From assembly GCF_017094525.1 (NCBI RefSeq), contig NZ_CP064788.1, positions 975,030 through 1,039,029 of the forward strand: 64,000 nucleotides of DNA, read 5' to 3'. The notes beneath the pieces are model-generated. The model was not told the DNA's origin. It searched no databases and worked only from the letters and a program-made list of their open reading frames with translations. Below are positions 36,853 through 46,689 of the stretch, piece by piece; the stretch's first letter is position 1; the number at the start of each line of letters is the position of its first letter. This stretch comes from Halapricum desulfuricans. Its GTDB lineage: Archaea; Halobacteriota; Halobacteria; Halobacteriales; Haloarculaceae. The translations under genes were made by a program, and so were the position numbers.

Positions 36853-39005
36853 CAACGTTCACCGACCGATTCGACGAGTTGACTCACGAAATGGAGGTCC
36901 TCCTCGATGAGGACCTCGCGTCGATCCAGAAGATGCCCGAACAGACCCGGCTGGAACGGTACAACAGTCTCAAATCCGACGAGGAGGAGTTCGTCTGGGA
37001 GTTCGCCAAGGAATTCGATCAGCTGACCGGCAGCGAGCGCGAAGACGTGCGGGCGAAGTTCAGACTCGCGCGACTGCTGATCGCGGCGAGCTTCTACGAG
37101 GAAGGGTCGCTCCCGCGCGCGATGCGCGACGATTTCGTCGAGACTGAACTGCAAGCCGTTGTCGACTTCGAGCGCTACAAGCGCTTCGACGTGCTCACCG
37201 AAGAAGAGATCGAGGCCAAGATCCGCCGGATGGACGGCGAAGTGTACGAACTCGTCACCGAGTACACCTCGACTCAGATCGCCAACATGGACGAGCTGAT
37301 GGACGAACCGGACGTCCAAAGCGACGTCATGCGAAAGCTTCTGGACCGCTATCAGGAGCGTTGCGAGAAGATCCGACAAGGGTTTTTCGTCTACGTCGAG
37401 ACCCACGGCCTCGAACACATGGTCGAGTCTATCGAGGCGGCCGTCCAAGCGGTCTCGGAGTCGGCCGACGAGCGTGAGGCGATCCAAGCAGAGCTCCGTG
37501 AAGAGATTCAGTCATTGTCTGAGTCACTGGAAGCCGACTTTCGACAGCAACAGCGTACATTCGAGGCACAGCTCCAGCAGGTCGAACACGAGATTACCAG
37601 CCAGACCGTCGATAGCGAGCAACTTCAGTCGGAACTCCAGCGCCTCGAACAGCAGGGCGATTCACTTACCGAACAGCAGGAGGTGCTCCTGGAGGAGTTC
37701 GGCGAGCGGATCGAACGCACGTCGACACTGGAGACGCGTCTCTCGACAAAGATCGAACAGCTCGAGGAGGTCCAACGCCAGACCAGAGAGGAGGTCCGCA
37801 AGGCCGCCCGCGAGGAGACGACCGCCGTCGTCGAGGAGGAACTGGCTGCGTTGCGCGAGCAGCGCGAGCAGCTCCAAGCGGAGATCGACACGCTCGAGCG
37901 CGAACGCGAGAGCATCGAGGTCGCCCGCGAACGTCTCGGTGAGAAGCAACAGCGCCTGTCCACCGAAGTCGATGGCCTGGCCGAACAGCGTGCTACGATC
38001 GAAGACACGACGGAGAAGCTCGACGAAACAGAGGCCGAACTCGCCGAACAAACCGACCGCCTTGCTGACGAGCGCGACGAACTCGCAGACACACGCGACC
38101 AGCTCAAGGACCGGCAGCGAGACCTCAAATCCGAGGTCGAGGACGCCCAGCAGTCGCTCAGCGCGGGCGACAACACGCTACCGGACCGGGCAATCAGCAC
38201 TTCAATGGCCCGACTGCTGGAGATGGACTACGTCGGTCGCTTCGACACGTCGATGCACGACGCCGAATCGGTCGTCACGACCGACGGGACCGTCGAGATC
38301 CCGGACGGGTACTGGGCCGATCGAAGCGAGCATTTGAACGATCAAGTCCGACTCGACCAGTTACTCGACGCCGACGGCACGCCCGAGAAATATCCCCTCG
38401 ACCGTCGCGCCAGATATTTCGTCACCGGTTCGGGACTACTGGGATTGCGGTCACGCCGGAAGATGGTGATCGAGGCGGCGATCAAGTCTAACCTTGAGGC
38501 CCACGCGACGAACGGTTTCGACGCTGCGCCCCGCGATCTCGACGATCTGCTCAATGTGGTCAACGACGCCGTCTACGAGGCTCAACAGAACGATTATCAC
38601 TATCTGTTGGGTGTTGCCTCACCGACGGGCTGGACCGACCGGGTGATCAGACAGGTCGAGGGCGGGAACGTAGCACGATCACGGTACTCCCGCCATCTCA
38701 GTCTGGTGCTGGTCGATCTCCAGCACGGCGACATCTACTACGACGATAGTGACGAGATCGCCAGCGAAAACAGCGATCTCTACGAAATTCCCGTAACGGC
38801 CGAGCGTGTCGATAAGGCGGTCGACGTGATCCGGTCGAACTACATCGAGGAGGTGGGGATCGATAGCGTCCTGCTGGAAGAGGTCGTCGAGGAGCAGGGA
38901 TTCGACGTCCGTGAAACCAAGGAGGCCTTCGACCGACTTGCGGAGAGCGGAGTGGGCGAACAACTGCATATCGACGAGTACGGGCTTGCGCTCGACGTCT
39001 CGTGA
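36849..39005 (+). CDS. large coiled-coil protein (718 aa) with a globular C-terminal domain
   Basis: About 250 aa of E/Q/R-rich heptads (SMC/Rad50-like coiled-coil character). C-terminal domain has YHYLLGVASPTGWTD...LVLVDLQHGDIYYDD. Confidence 0.55.
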   Translation: MTTFTDRFDELTHEMEVLLDEDLASIQKMPEQTRLERYNSLKSDEEEFVWEFAKEFDQLTGSEREDVRAKFRLARLLIAASFYEEGSLPRAMRDDFVETELQAVVDFERYKRFDVLTEEEIEAKIRRMDGEVYELVTEYTSTQIANMDELMDEPDVQSDVMRKLLDRYQERCEKIRQGFFVYVETHGLEHMVESIEAAVQAVSESADEREAIQAELREEIQSLSESLEADFRQQQRTFEAQLQQVEHEITSQTVDSEQLQSELQRLEQQGDSLTEQQEVLLEEFGERIERTSTLETRLSTKIEQLEEVQRQTREEVRKAAREETTAVVEEELAALREQREQLQAEIDTLERERESIEVARERLGEKQQRLSTEVDGLAEQRATIEDTTEKLDETEAELAEQTDRLADERDELADTRDQLKDRQRDLKSEVEDAQQSLSAGDNTLPDRAISTSMARLLEMDYVGRFDTSMHDAESVVTTDGTVEIPDGYWADRSEHLNDQVRLDQLLDADGTPEKYPLDRRARYFVTGSGLLGLRSRRKMVIEAAIKSNLEAHATNGFDAAPRDLDDLLNVVNDAVYEAQQNDYHYLLGVASPTGWTDRVIRQVEGGNVARSRYSRHLSLVLVDLQHGDIYYDDSDEIASENSDLYEIPVTAERVDKAVDVIRSNYIEEVGIDSVLLEEVVEEQGFDVRETKEAFDRLAESGVGEQLHIDEYGLALDVS

Positions 39006-39040
39006 TAAATTCTGACAGTGAAACGAAAGCCAAGATTCGC

Positions 39041-39117
39041 AGTGATTACTGTCAGTCTGTTCTGGATCGACCGCACGAAGGGGTGCAGTCGGACCGGTAA
39101 ATCGTTGCAGTAACGAC
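39041..39117. repeat. intergenic hairpin repeat element, copy b
   Basis: GTCTGTTCTGGATCGACCGCACGAAGGGGTGCAGTCGGACCGGTAAATCGTTGC flanked by an imperfect outer stem. Confidence 0.6.
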
Positions 39118-39206
39118 TATCAAGCGTGCTTGCCGACAGTGGGGCAGAGCCAGCAGTGATCGACGAGATGGGGTTCTGGAACTGCGGTCAGTGGATCGAG
39201 ACACTC

Positions 39207-39287
39207 ATACGGTCGGTTGTAAGTCTGTTCCAGATCGATCGCATCCGTTATGCGATCGTACCGGTAAATCGTTACAACCGACCGTAT
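39207..39287. repeat. intergenic hairpin repeat element, copy c (perfect 16-bp outer stem)
   Basis: atacggtcggttgtaa ... ttacaaccgaccgtat encloses GTCTGTTCCAGATCGATCGCATCCGTTATGCGATCGTACCGGTAAATCG. Confidence 0.65.
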
Positions 39288-39400
39288 CAGCTATTGCGGG
39301 CCGAATACGATCCCGATGCCAAGCGCACCACCCTGCGACTGCAGAGACCTCACGCCGGTGAACGATACGTGTAAGGCCCCGGAAACCGAATCTATGGCTA

Positions 39401-40240
39401 ATGGACGCGTCCGGTTCCACGCCGCCCGAGGCCGACTCGTCGACAAATAACGGGGACGAAGCGGGCGACGGGACGAGCACCGAAGACGATGACCGCTCGA
39501 CGGAGCAGCTCCGCGAACGGGTCGAACAGAAGTACGACTTCGAGGACTTCGGCCCGCGAGATATGGCCGAGATGACCGCCGAGGAGTGGGAGGCGGCGTT
39601 CGACGCCGACAGCTGGATCACTGGCGACGAACTGCTCAACCGCGTCGAGGCCGACCTCAAACAGCGGGTGCTCGATCGGGACGTCTTCGCCCGGATCGAA
39701 CGCGGCGACGAGTACCTGCTGGCATACTCCGAGGCCGGCTTCGCGCTGGTCTACCCTGACGGCAGCGTCGAGGGCGAAGGAACGGTCCTGCGGGACGTCA
39801 AGCCGGTGATCGCGCTGTGCTCGATGGACGACTACGAGGTCCCGGACGTACCCGACGGCGAGGTGCTCCCCGAGCCACAGGATGTGCCCGAGGGCGGCAG
39901 CGAACTCGGGAACATGATGGTCCAGGTGATCGCCGTCGTGCAGCTGCTGGCCGGCGTGATCCTGTTCGGTGCCGGGATCGTCCTCGGGCTGGAGCCGATC
40001 CCGCTCGTCGCCGGGCTCGGATTTTTCGTCGTCGGTGTGGGGCTGCTGTTCGTCGTGGCCAACGCCCGACTGTCCGATCGGTTCCGCTCCGAGGAGTTTC
40101 GGGACCGCCTGCGAGCGGTCAACGTCGGCGGCGAACGCCCGGACTTTCTCCCCGTCGACGAGGACGGCAACCTGACGACCGACCGACTCGACGGCGACTC
40201 CGAGAGTGTGCTTCCGCCCCGACCGGATCGCGAGGAGTGA
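39401..40240 (+). CDS. membrane protein with an acidic N-terminal domain
   Basis: Two TM helices (MMVQVIAVVQLLAGVILFGAG..., GLGFFVVGVGLLFVVA). Confidence 0.5.
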   Translation: MDASGSTPPEADSSTNNGDEAGDGTSTEDDDRSTEQLRERVEQKYDFEDFGPRDMAEMTAEEWEAAFDADSWITGDELLNRVEADLKQRVLDRDVFARIERGDEYLLAYSEAGFALVYPDGSVEGEGTVLRDVKPVIALCSMDDYEVPDVPDGEVLPEPQDVPEGGSELGNMMVQVIAVVQLLAGVILFGAGIVLGLEPIPLVAGLGFFVVGVGLLFVVANARLSDRFRSEEFRDRLRAVNVGGERPDFLPVDEDGNLTTDRLDGDSESVLPPRPDREE

Positions 40241-40247
40241 TCGTACG

Positions 40248-40327
40248 TCTGTTTCGTATCGATCGCAGGCGGTCGGAGCGGTACGACAACCCGTGTGATG
40301 CTGTCGGTTACCGGTCTGTGACAGCAT
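40248..40327. repeat. intergenic hairpin repeat element, copy d (degenerate) plus an adjacent 8-bp stem hairpin
   Basis: GTCTGTTTCGTATCGATCGCAGGCGGTCGGAGCGGTACGAC, then gatgctgtc-ggttaccggtctgt-gacagcatt. Confidence 0.5.
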
Positions 40328-40538
40328 TCGCCATATCGGGACAGCGAATCGTCTCGAAACGGCACCGTCAATATATGTTATAAATGCCGTGTGAATCGCT
40401 ACCGCTGAACTATATACCCGAGTGTTTGGGCCACCTGTGCGAAAAGAATATATATTGGATTGTGTTGCGGTCCCGATTTCCCCCATATATCGGGGGTTCC
40501 GGTGGCTTTATACAAAAAAGAGGCGGAGGGTGTGGTAC

Positions 40539-41165
40539 ATGCACAGGCGGGACTTTCTCCGGACGGCCGGCGGTGCGGCCGGCGGGGCGGGCGCGCTCGC
40601 GGCCAGCGGGTCGGCGACCGCCCAGGCCGCCGAGCAGCCGGATTACGGCGGGTATCTGGACAGCGCGAACGGGTTCGGCGGCTCGACGACTGACCTCCGG
40701 GGCCAGGAGGAGGTCACGATCGCCGTCGGGGCCGGCAGCGACGGCTACGCGTTCGATCCCGCGGCCGTGTGGGTCGATCCCGGGACGACCATCGTCTGGG
40801 AGTGGACCGGGGCGGGCGGCGATCACAACGTCGTCGGCGAGAGCGTCGAGTTCACCTCCGGCGATCCCGTCGGCGAGGAAGGCTACACCTACGAACAGAC
40901 CTTCGCGGAGTCCGCCGTCGTCACCTACTACTGCAGCCCACACGAGAACCTCGGCATGCTCGGCGCCGTCGCCGTCGGCGACGACATCCCCACCGTCGAG
41001 GTCGAGGCCGGCGGCGGCGCACAGAGTCCCGAGGAGATGGGCGTCCCCTTCCAGCCACATTTCGTCGGTATCGCGACGTTGCTGATGATGGGTGTGACGT
41101 TCATCTATACGTTCTTCTTCCTGAAGTACGGTGAATCGGCCCACACCAGCGGGGGGCGAAACTGA
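40539..41165 (+). CDS. halocyanin (blue copper protein) with a Tat signal and C-terminal TM anchor
   Basis: MHRRDFLRTAGGAAGGAGALAASGSATA is a Tat signal. The copper ligands sit in YYCSPHENLGMLGAV. Confidence 0.85.
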   Translation: MHRRDFLRTAGGAAGGAGALAASGSATAQAAEQPDYGGYLDSANGFGGSTTDLRGQEEVTIAVGAGSDGYAFDPAAVWVDPGTTIVWEWTGAGGDHNVVGESVEFTSGDPVGEEGYTYEQTFAESAVVTYYCSPHENLGMLGAVAVGDDIPTVEVEAGGGAQSPEEMGVPFQPHFVGIATLLMMGVTFIYTFFFLKYGESAHTSGGRN

Positions 41166-41548
41166 TGTCCTCGGGCAGCACCTACGGCGACATCCACCGC
41201 TACGAACAGCCCCGGGAGAGCCCGGCGGCGGCGCTGGCGATCGTCCTGTTGACGATCGTCGAGATCGTCTTCGTCGGCCTGTTCACCTTGGGACTGCTCA
41301 ACGGCTGGGGCCGGAGCGCGGAGGGCAACATGTTCCTCGGCGGGGTTCTCGGTGTCATCTTCATCGACCTGTCGTTCGTCCTGCTGTTGTACCGCAAGGA
41401 GTTCCTGCCGGACGTGATGATCGTCAAGAAGCGCCGGCGCAAGTGGGAGGATCTGTACGTCCGCGAGGAGGACGTCGACGGGACCTCCGTAACTGACGGG
41501 GCTCTCGAGAACGCAAAACGCGCGCTCTATCCCTACTACAAACGATAA
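41165..41548 (+). CDS. membrane protein of the cytochrome bc-type cluster
   Basis: 127 aa, two TM helices; starts at the halocyanin stop codon. Confidence 0.5.
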   Translation: MSSGSTYGDIHRYEQPRESPAAALAIVLLTIVEIVFVGLFTLGLLNGWGRSAEGNMFLGGVLGVIFIDLSFVLLLYRKEFLPDVMIVKKRRRKWEDLYVREEDVDGTSVTDGALENAKRALYPYYKR

Positions 41549-41550
41549 CC

Positions 41551-42417
41551 ATGTCCGCAGACGAAGACAAGTATCCGAGCGAATCGGGACGACGGCGGTT
41601 CGTGAAAGGCGTCGTCGGCAGCGCCGCTCTCGGGACGGTTGCGACCGGGACCGCGGCGACTGTCGAGGTGGCAACCTCCGCCGCCGGTGCTGGCGGCGGG
41701 ATCACGGAATACTTCGCCATCGAGAACACCGACGGGCCGGCCCCGCGCGGGATGCCGATCATTCCCGTCGAGATCAGAAACGACAACGAGATATACGGCC
41801 GCTGGCCCGAACCGGAAACCCAGACGGTCCAGGGTAAGGAGGTGACCGTTGCCGAGATGGACGTCGGCGGGACGACCTACAGTACTACCTGGTTCCAGTA
41901 CTGTGGCGTCCAGACCTACGAGGGCATTCAGCCCGACGCAGACCAAGATAACGCATTCCGCTCGGCCGGTGGTACCTACGACTGGCAGGCCGACGTCGAC
42001 GACGGCGCGGTGCTGACGCTGGATATGTTCGACGACTACGAAGGGTGGGGCAACGGCATCGGACAAGACGGCCTCGGCAAGCCGGCGGTGGCGAACTGGC
42101 GCTCGGACGGCGACGTCCAGACGATCCCCGTCCAGGTCATGCGCAGCCCCGAAGTGAGCAAGATGATCGCGGGCGAAGGCAAGTACGCCTCGCTGTCGGG
42201 CGAGGCGCGAAGTTTCCTGGAAGCGGCGACCGAAAACGACGTGATGGCGTGGCTCAACAAGTGCACGCACTTCTGCTGTGTGCCCGGGTTCAAAGCCTTC
42301 GGCGGCAGCGCCCGCTTCGGCGGTGAAAACTCCGTGTACTGCCAGTGTCACCAGTCGATCTACGATCCCTTCAGCCCGGTGAGACGGACGTTCACCGCAC
42401 TGCCACGGACCGAGTGA
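41551..42417 (+). CDS. petA: Rieske [2Fe-2S] iron-sulfur protein
   Basis: Tat-like RRRFVKG and the Rieske boxes CTHFCC ... CQCHQS. Confidence 0.85.
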   Translation: MSADEDKYPSESGRRRFVKGVVGSAALGTVATGTAATVEVATSAAGAGGGITEYFAIENTDGPAPRGMPIIPVEIRNDNEIYGRWPEPETQTVQGKEVTVAEMDVGGTTYSTTWFQYCGVQTYEGIQPDADQDNAFRSAGGTYDWQADVDDGAVLTLDMFDDYEGWGNGIGQDGLGKPAVANWRSDGDVQTIPVQVMRSPEVSKMIAGEGKYASLSGEARSFLEAATENDVMAWLNKCTHFCCVPGFKAFGGSARFGGENSVYCQCHQSIYDPFSPVRRTFTALPRTE

Positions 42418-42421
42418 TATC

Positions 42422-43225
42422 ATGAGTCTCGAACGCAAAGACGACCACGATCACAACGCCTGGCTGGAGAACCGCGACGACCTCTCGCACATCGAGACCG
42501 TCTACCTGACTGCGCTGATGTGGCTCGACAAGCGGCTTCGCATCGTCGACTACCTGGAACTGCTCGAGGACCTCTACTACAAGGTCAACATGCAGATGCC
42601 AAAGAGCCACACCGAACAATACGGCCTGGACAACAAGTTCTGGTACTGGTACCCGCTGTACGCGCTGGGATCGTTCTCGACGCTGGCATATATCGTCGCG
42701 GCGATCTCGGGTGCGCTGCTGGGCTTTTACTACACACCCGGTGCCGGCGCGAGCGAGTCCGCGTCACTGGCCTACACCCAGATCGAGTTCATCATGATGG
42801 AGCTGAACTTCGGGTACTTCCTGCGGAGCCTCCATCGCTGGTCCGCGCAGGTGATGGTCGCGGCCGTCTTCCTGCACATGCTCCGGGTGTACTTCACCGG
42901 GGCCTACAAGGAACCGCGCGAACTGAACTGGCTGCTCGGGATCGTGTTGATCAGCCTGACGATGGTCTTCGGGTACACCGGCTACCTGCTGCCGTGGGAT
43001 CAGCTGGCCTTCTGGGCCGGCCAGATCGGCGTCGAGATGAGCCTCTCGATCCCGCTGATCGGCGAGTGGGTCGCCCAGTTGCTGTTCGGCGGCTTCACGC
43101 CGAACCCGGCGACGCTCCAGCGGATGTACATCCTGCACGTGTTCTTCCTGCCCTTCATCGTGACGACGCTGATCGCCATCCACATCGGCATCGTCTGGAT
43201 GCAGGGCATCGCGGAACCGCACTGA
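42422..43225 (+). CDS. petB: cytochrome b (b6-like N-terminal subunit) of the bc complex
   Basis: Four-helix core with conserved His pairs (LRSLHRWSAQVMV..HMLRVYFTGAY; LPWDQ). Confidence 0.85.
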   Translation: MSLERKDDHDHNAWLENRDDLSHIETVYLTALMWLDKRLRIVDYLELLEDLYYKVNMQMPKSHTEQYGLDNKFWYWYPLYALGSFSTLAYIVAAISGALLGFYYTPGAGASESASLAYTQIEFIMMELNFGYFLRSLHRWSAQVMVAAVFLHMLRVYFTGAYKEPRELNWLLGIVLISLTMVFGYTGYLLPWDQLAFWAGQIGVEMSLSIPLIGEWVAQLLFGGFTPNPATLQRMYILHVFFLPFIVTTLIAIHIGIVWMQGIAEPH

Positions 43226-43231
43226 TCACAC

Positions 43232-43999
43232 ATGACTGACGACACAGACACCACGGACGAACGCACCGACGGCGGCGAGACGGGGATCGTCCCGCCCGAC
43301 GACGAAACCCCGACCTGGAGCGAGCGCAAGGCGCGCAAGCAAGGGCTCTCGCGGCTGACCTACGAGTACTTCGAGCGCGCTCGACGCGAGGATCAGGATC
43401 TGCGCCAGCAGTCGAGTTACGTCGAACGGGACGTGCTCGGCTTCCCGGCCTGGCCCCACGAGATGGTGCGCAACCTCTCGCTGGCGAGTTTCTTCGTCGG
43501 GATGATTATCGTCCTCTCGGCGACACTGCCGCCACACATCGACGCGCCGGCCAACCCCAGCAGTACACCGGCGGTCATCCTGCCGGACTGGTATCTCTAC
43601 TGGTCGTTTGGCCTGCTCAAACTCGGCTTTCTCAATCCCGACCTGTCGCTTCTAGGCGGCGAGAAGCTGATGTCCGACCGGACCTACGGCGTCGTCGCGA
43701 ACCTCGTCGTCGTCGGGATCGTCGCCATCGTCCCGTTCCTGAACAAGGGCAGCGCGCGCCGGCCGGTCGAACAGCCGTTCTGGGCGTCGGTCGGCGTCGC
43801 CGGCGTCGTCTTCGCGTTCACGATCGCAGTTCTCTCGATCAAGAACCTCGTTCCGATCGAAGAGGGGCTGTTGAACGACCTGACCTTCCTGTTGCCGGTC
43901 GTCGCCGGGTTCATCAGCTATACGGTGTTGAAGTCGATGCGCGAGGGCTACATGTTCAACCTCAACCGCCGGTACTACCGGCTCAGACCACCCAAGTAA
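43232..43999 (+). CDS. petD: cytochrome b C-terminal subunit (subunit IV-like)
   Basis: Membrane protein downstream of petB with PDWYLYWSFGLLK, matching the split b6/subunit IV pattern. Confidence 0.7.
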   Translation: MTDDTDTTDERTDGGETGIVPPDDETPTWSERKARKQGLSRLTYEYFERARREDQDLRQQSSYVERDVLGFPAWPHEMVRNLSLASFFVGMIIVLSATLPPHIDAPANPSSTPAVILPDWYLYWSFGLLKLGFLNPDLSLLGGEKLMSDRTYGVVANLVVVGIVAIVPFLNKGSARRPVEQPFWASVGVAGVVFAFTIAVLSIKNLVPIEEGLLNDLTFLLPVVAGFISYTVLKSMREGYMFNLNRRYYRLRPPK

Positions 44000-44001
44000 C
44001 T

Positions 44002-44373
44002 ATGAGCAGCGATACACCACCACGGCGCACGTCCGACGGATCGGTCGTCGTCCCGATGCGCGTCTACAAGGGGATCACCGTCTTCTCGACGCTCGTCGCG
44101 ACGGGACTGGTCGTGTTCGGATTCTTCATGTTCGACGCGGCCACCCGGCTAGACAACCCGATCCGCGAGGCGGCCGTCTGGACGGTCGGACTCACCGGAT
44201 GGACGCCCTCGGTCGGCGCGGTCAACGTCGCCTTCGGCCTGCTCGGGATCGGGGTCATCGTTCTCGGGGCCGGATCGTACGTCCTCGGCACGCGGTTCAA
44301 GACCGCCGAGATGGTCGACAGCGAGCGGCGAGACACCACTGCGGACTCACAGGAGGCACACGACGATGGCTGA
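44002..44373 (+). CDS. small membrane protein
   Basis: 123 aa, three TM helices, in an operon with the pet genes. Confidence 0.45.
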   Translation: MSSDTPPRRTSDGSVVVPMRVYKGITVFSTLVATGLVVFGFFMFDAATRLDNPIREAAVWTVGLTGWTPSVGAVNVAFGLLGIGVIVLGAGSYVLGTRFKTAEMVDSERRDTTADSQEAHDDG

Positions 44374-44632
44374 CGAATTCGCGAAAGGATTCGGGATTCT
44401 GATGACGGCTGGACTGGGCTGGATGATCATCGCGGGCTGGTACCAGACGCCGAGTTTTTCGGGCGCACAGCTGTTCGGCGAACGACCGTCCGATCCGGGC
44501 GTCTACGCCGAGCTCGCGCTGACGCTCGGCGACGCGCTGTTCTGGTTCGCCGCCTTCGGCGCGCTCGCGTTCTGGCTCGTCATTCCGGCCGGACGCAAGC
44601 TCCGGGCCGAGATCGAATCACGCTCCGGGTGA
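44366..44632 (+). CDS. small membrane protein
   Basis: 88 aa, two TM helices. Confidence 0.4.
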   Translation: MADEFAKGFGILMTAGLGWMIIAGWYQTPSFSGAQLFGERPSDPGVYAELALTLGDALFWFAAFGALAFWLVIPAGRKLRAEIESRSG

Positions 44633-44676
44633 CCTACCTATCAAAAGTTAAGGCCCCACATCCCGAGACACTGCAT

Positions 44677-44988
44677 ATGGCTGTCGACAGAGAGACTCCT
44701 CCGTCGGAGATCACGACGCTGGTCGGTCGCGAGGTCTACTCGAACAACGGCGTTTTCGTCGGCGAGATCGAGGATCTGCGGCTCGATCTCGCGACCGAGA
44801 ACGTCACCGGGCTGGCGCTGCACCAGCTCAACCAGGAACTGTTCGATCAGGAGATCAACCGTTCGCGCGGCGTCATCGTACCCTACCGGTGGGTGCAGGC
44901 CGTCGGCGACATCGTCATCGTCAACGACATCGTCGAGAGACTCAAGCGCCCCGGCGAAGACGAGTCCGACGACGATGTCGTCGCCTGA
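44677..44988 (+). CDS. PRC-barrel domain protein
   Basis: LVGREVYSNNGVFVGEIEDLRLDLATENVTGLAL is typical of a PRC barrel. Confidence 0.65.
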   Translation: MAVDRETPPSEITTLVGREVYSNNGVFVGEIEDLRLDLATENVTGLALHQLNQELFDQEINRSRGVIVPYRWVQAVGDIVIVNDIVERLKRPGEDESDDDVVA

Positions 44989-44991
44989 CCG

Positions 44992-46446
44992 CTAGCTCCC
45001 GTTCGAACCGTCGCTCTCGACGCCCATCGCCTCGAACAACTTCGTCTTGACGGCTTCCTCGGTCAGCGACAGCAACAGGTCGCGGTTGTCCTCGGTCGAT
45101 TCGATCCCCGTGAAGATGCCCAGCGGGATCTCGACGCTCGCGTCGGTCGAGTGGCCCGCTGCCTCGCCGATGTCGGAGAAGGCATCGCCGAGAACGTTCC
45201 CGATGTTCAGTCGGATGTCCTTCGAGCGTGCGGCGAGATAGATCGTGTCGTCGACGATCCCGAAGACGGCCGTCGTCGTGATCCCCTCGAGGTTGAGCAG
45301 TTGCTGGGCGGCCTGGGTCAGCGCCTCGCGGTCGCGGATGAACCCCGCGTTCGATATCAGGTGACTCCCCCGGACGTCGCGGTTGCGGATCGCCTCTGCG
45401 AGCACGTCCAGCGTCTCGGGGCTCATCGACGGCGATTCGACCTGCTCGAGCGTGTCGTGATCGGCGAAGGGGTACAGATATGCCGCGGCCGTCAGGTCTG
45501 CTGGCGTGGTGTCGCGCTTGAAATCCAGCGTCTCCGCGCGGATGCCGTACAGCAGTGCGGTCGCGACTTCCTGACTGAGATTTAGATCGAACTCCTGGAC
45601 GTACTTCGTGAGGATCGTCGAGGTTGCCGAGACGTTCGGGCGGATGTCCGAGAAGTCGGTCTCGATTTCGGCGTCCGGTTCGCGATGATCGATGACGATG
45701 TCGACGTCCGTCTCGGGCATCAACTCCGTGTCGCCGGTCTTGGAGTAATCGACCAGCGCGACGGTGTCGTAAGTCTCGAAATCGACCTCGTTTCGCGAGA
45801 CGAGTTCGATCCCGAGGAGGTTGACGAACGCCCGGTTCTCGTGGTGGCCGATCTCGCCCTCGTAGACGATATCGGCCTCGATATCCCGATGTTCGGCGAT
45901 CGCCTGCAGCGCCGCAGCGCTGGCGATCGAGTCCGGATCCGGGCCGCGATGGATCAGGATCGCGAGCCGCGATTCGGTACCGTCGATGAGTGCCGCCAGC
46001 TGTTCGGCCCGGTGTTCGAGTTCGCCGGTCTCCAGCGATCGAAGCGCCGAGTCCGCGATCACTGCCGAGGGGTTGATGACGACATCGGCTCCCAGTTCCG
46101 TCAGTTCGTCGGCGGAGACCGGATCGGACGCTCGGGCGACGATGAAGTGATCGGTCTCGGCCGCTCTGAGCGTCTCCGTGGCCGCCTTGTTCGCCTCGAC
46201 GTCCGAGGAGAGGATCAACACCGCGTCGCGTCCCTCGACGTGCTCGACGATCTCGGGATCGCGGATGTCGCTGACCTGCGCGTTGAGGTCCTGATCCCGG
46301 AGCGCCTCGACTCGTCCCTCGTCCTTGTCGAGAATGAGCACGTCCTTGCCCTCCTCGACGAGTTCCTCGGCAACCGCGTGCCCCACGCTCCCGCAGCCGA
46401 GAATGGCATACGAGGACATCGACGCCATCGTAGTCCCGGTACTCAT
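44992..46446 (-). CDS. TrkA-N (Rossmann) domain fused to a DHH/DHHA1 phosphoesterase (NrnA-like)
   Basis: ILGCGSVGHAVAEEL is the Rossmann motif. DHH motifs DHH... (VIDHREPD, GGHSTDASV), then a DHHA1-like region (GGGH equivalent AAGHSTDAS). Confidence 0.6.
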   Translation of the reverse strand: MSTGTTMASMSSYAILGCGSVGHAVAEELVEEGKDVLILDKDEGRVEALRDQDLNAQVSDIRDPEIVEHVEGRDAVLILSSDVEANKAATETLRAAETDHFIVARASDPVSADELTELGADVVINPSAVIADSALRSLETGELEHRAEQLAALIDGTESRLAILIHRGPDPDSIASAAALQAIAEHRDIEADIVYEGEIGHHENRAFVNLLGIELVSRNEVDFETYDTVALVDYSKTGDTELMPETDVDIVIDHREPDAEIETDFSDIRPNVSATSTILTKYVQEFDLNLSQEVATALLYGIRAETLDFKRDTTPADLTAAAYLYPFADHDTLEQVESPSMSPETLDVLAEAIRNRDVRGSHLISNAGFIRDREALTQAAQQLLNLEGITTTAVFGIVDDTIYLAARSKDIRLNIGNVLGDAFSDIGEAAGHSTDASVEIPLGIFTGIESTEDNRDLLLSLTEEAVKTKLFEAMGVESDGSNGS

Positions 46447-46689
46447 GGTGTCTTGTCTGTTGGCGTCGAGACTCTTATAATCCGGACTTTCGCCCCCGAG
46501 ATGGACACGTCGGGTCCGGTGTGTGTCACCCGAAGTAGGTGGTCGGAAGAGCCAGACCGGAGACGGATCGTCGTATCGCGCTGATCACGGTGTGATCGAT
46601 CCGGAAGACGACTCGGAGGGATAGCCAGTGTCACGAGTTCGATTCCGTGAACGCAGAGGATTTACGACCGCACCGGCTACGTCACGGCG

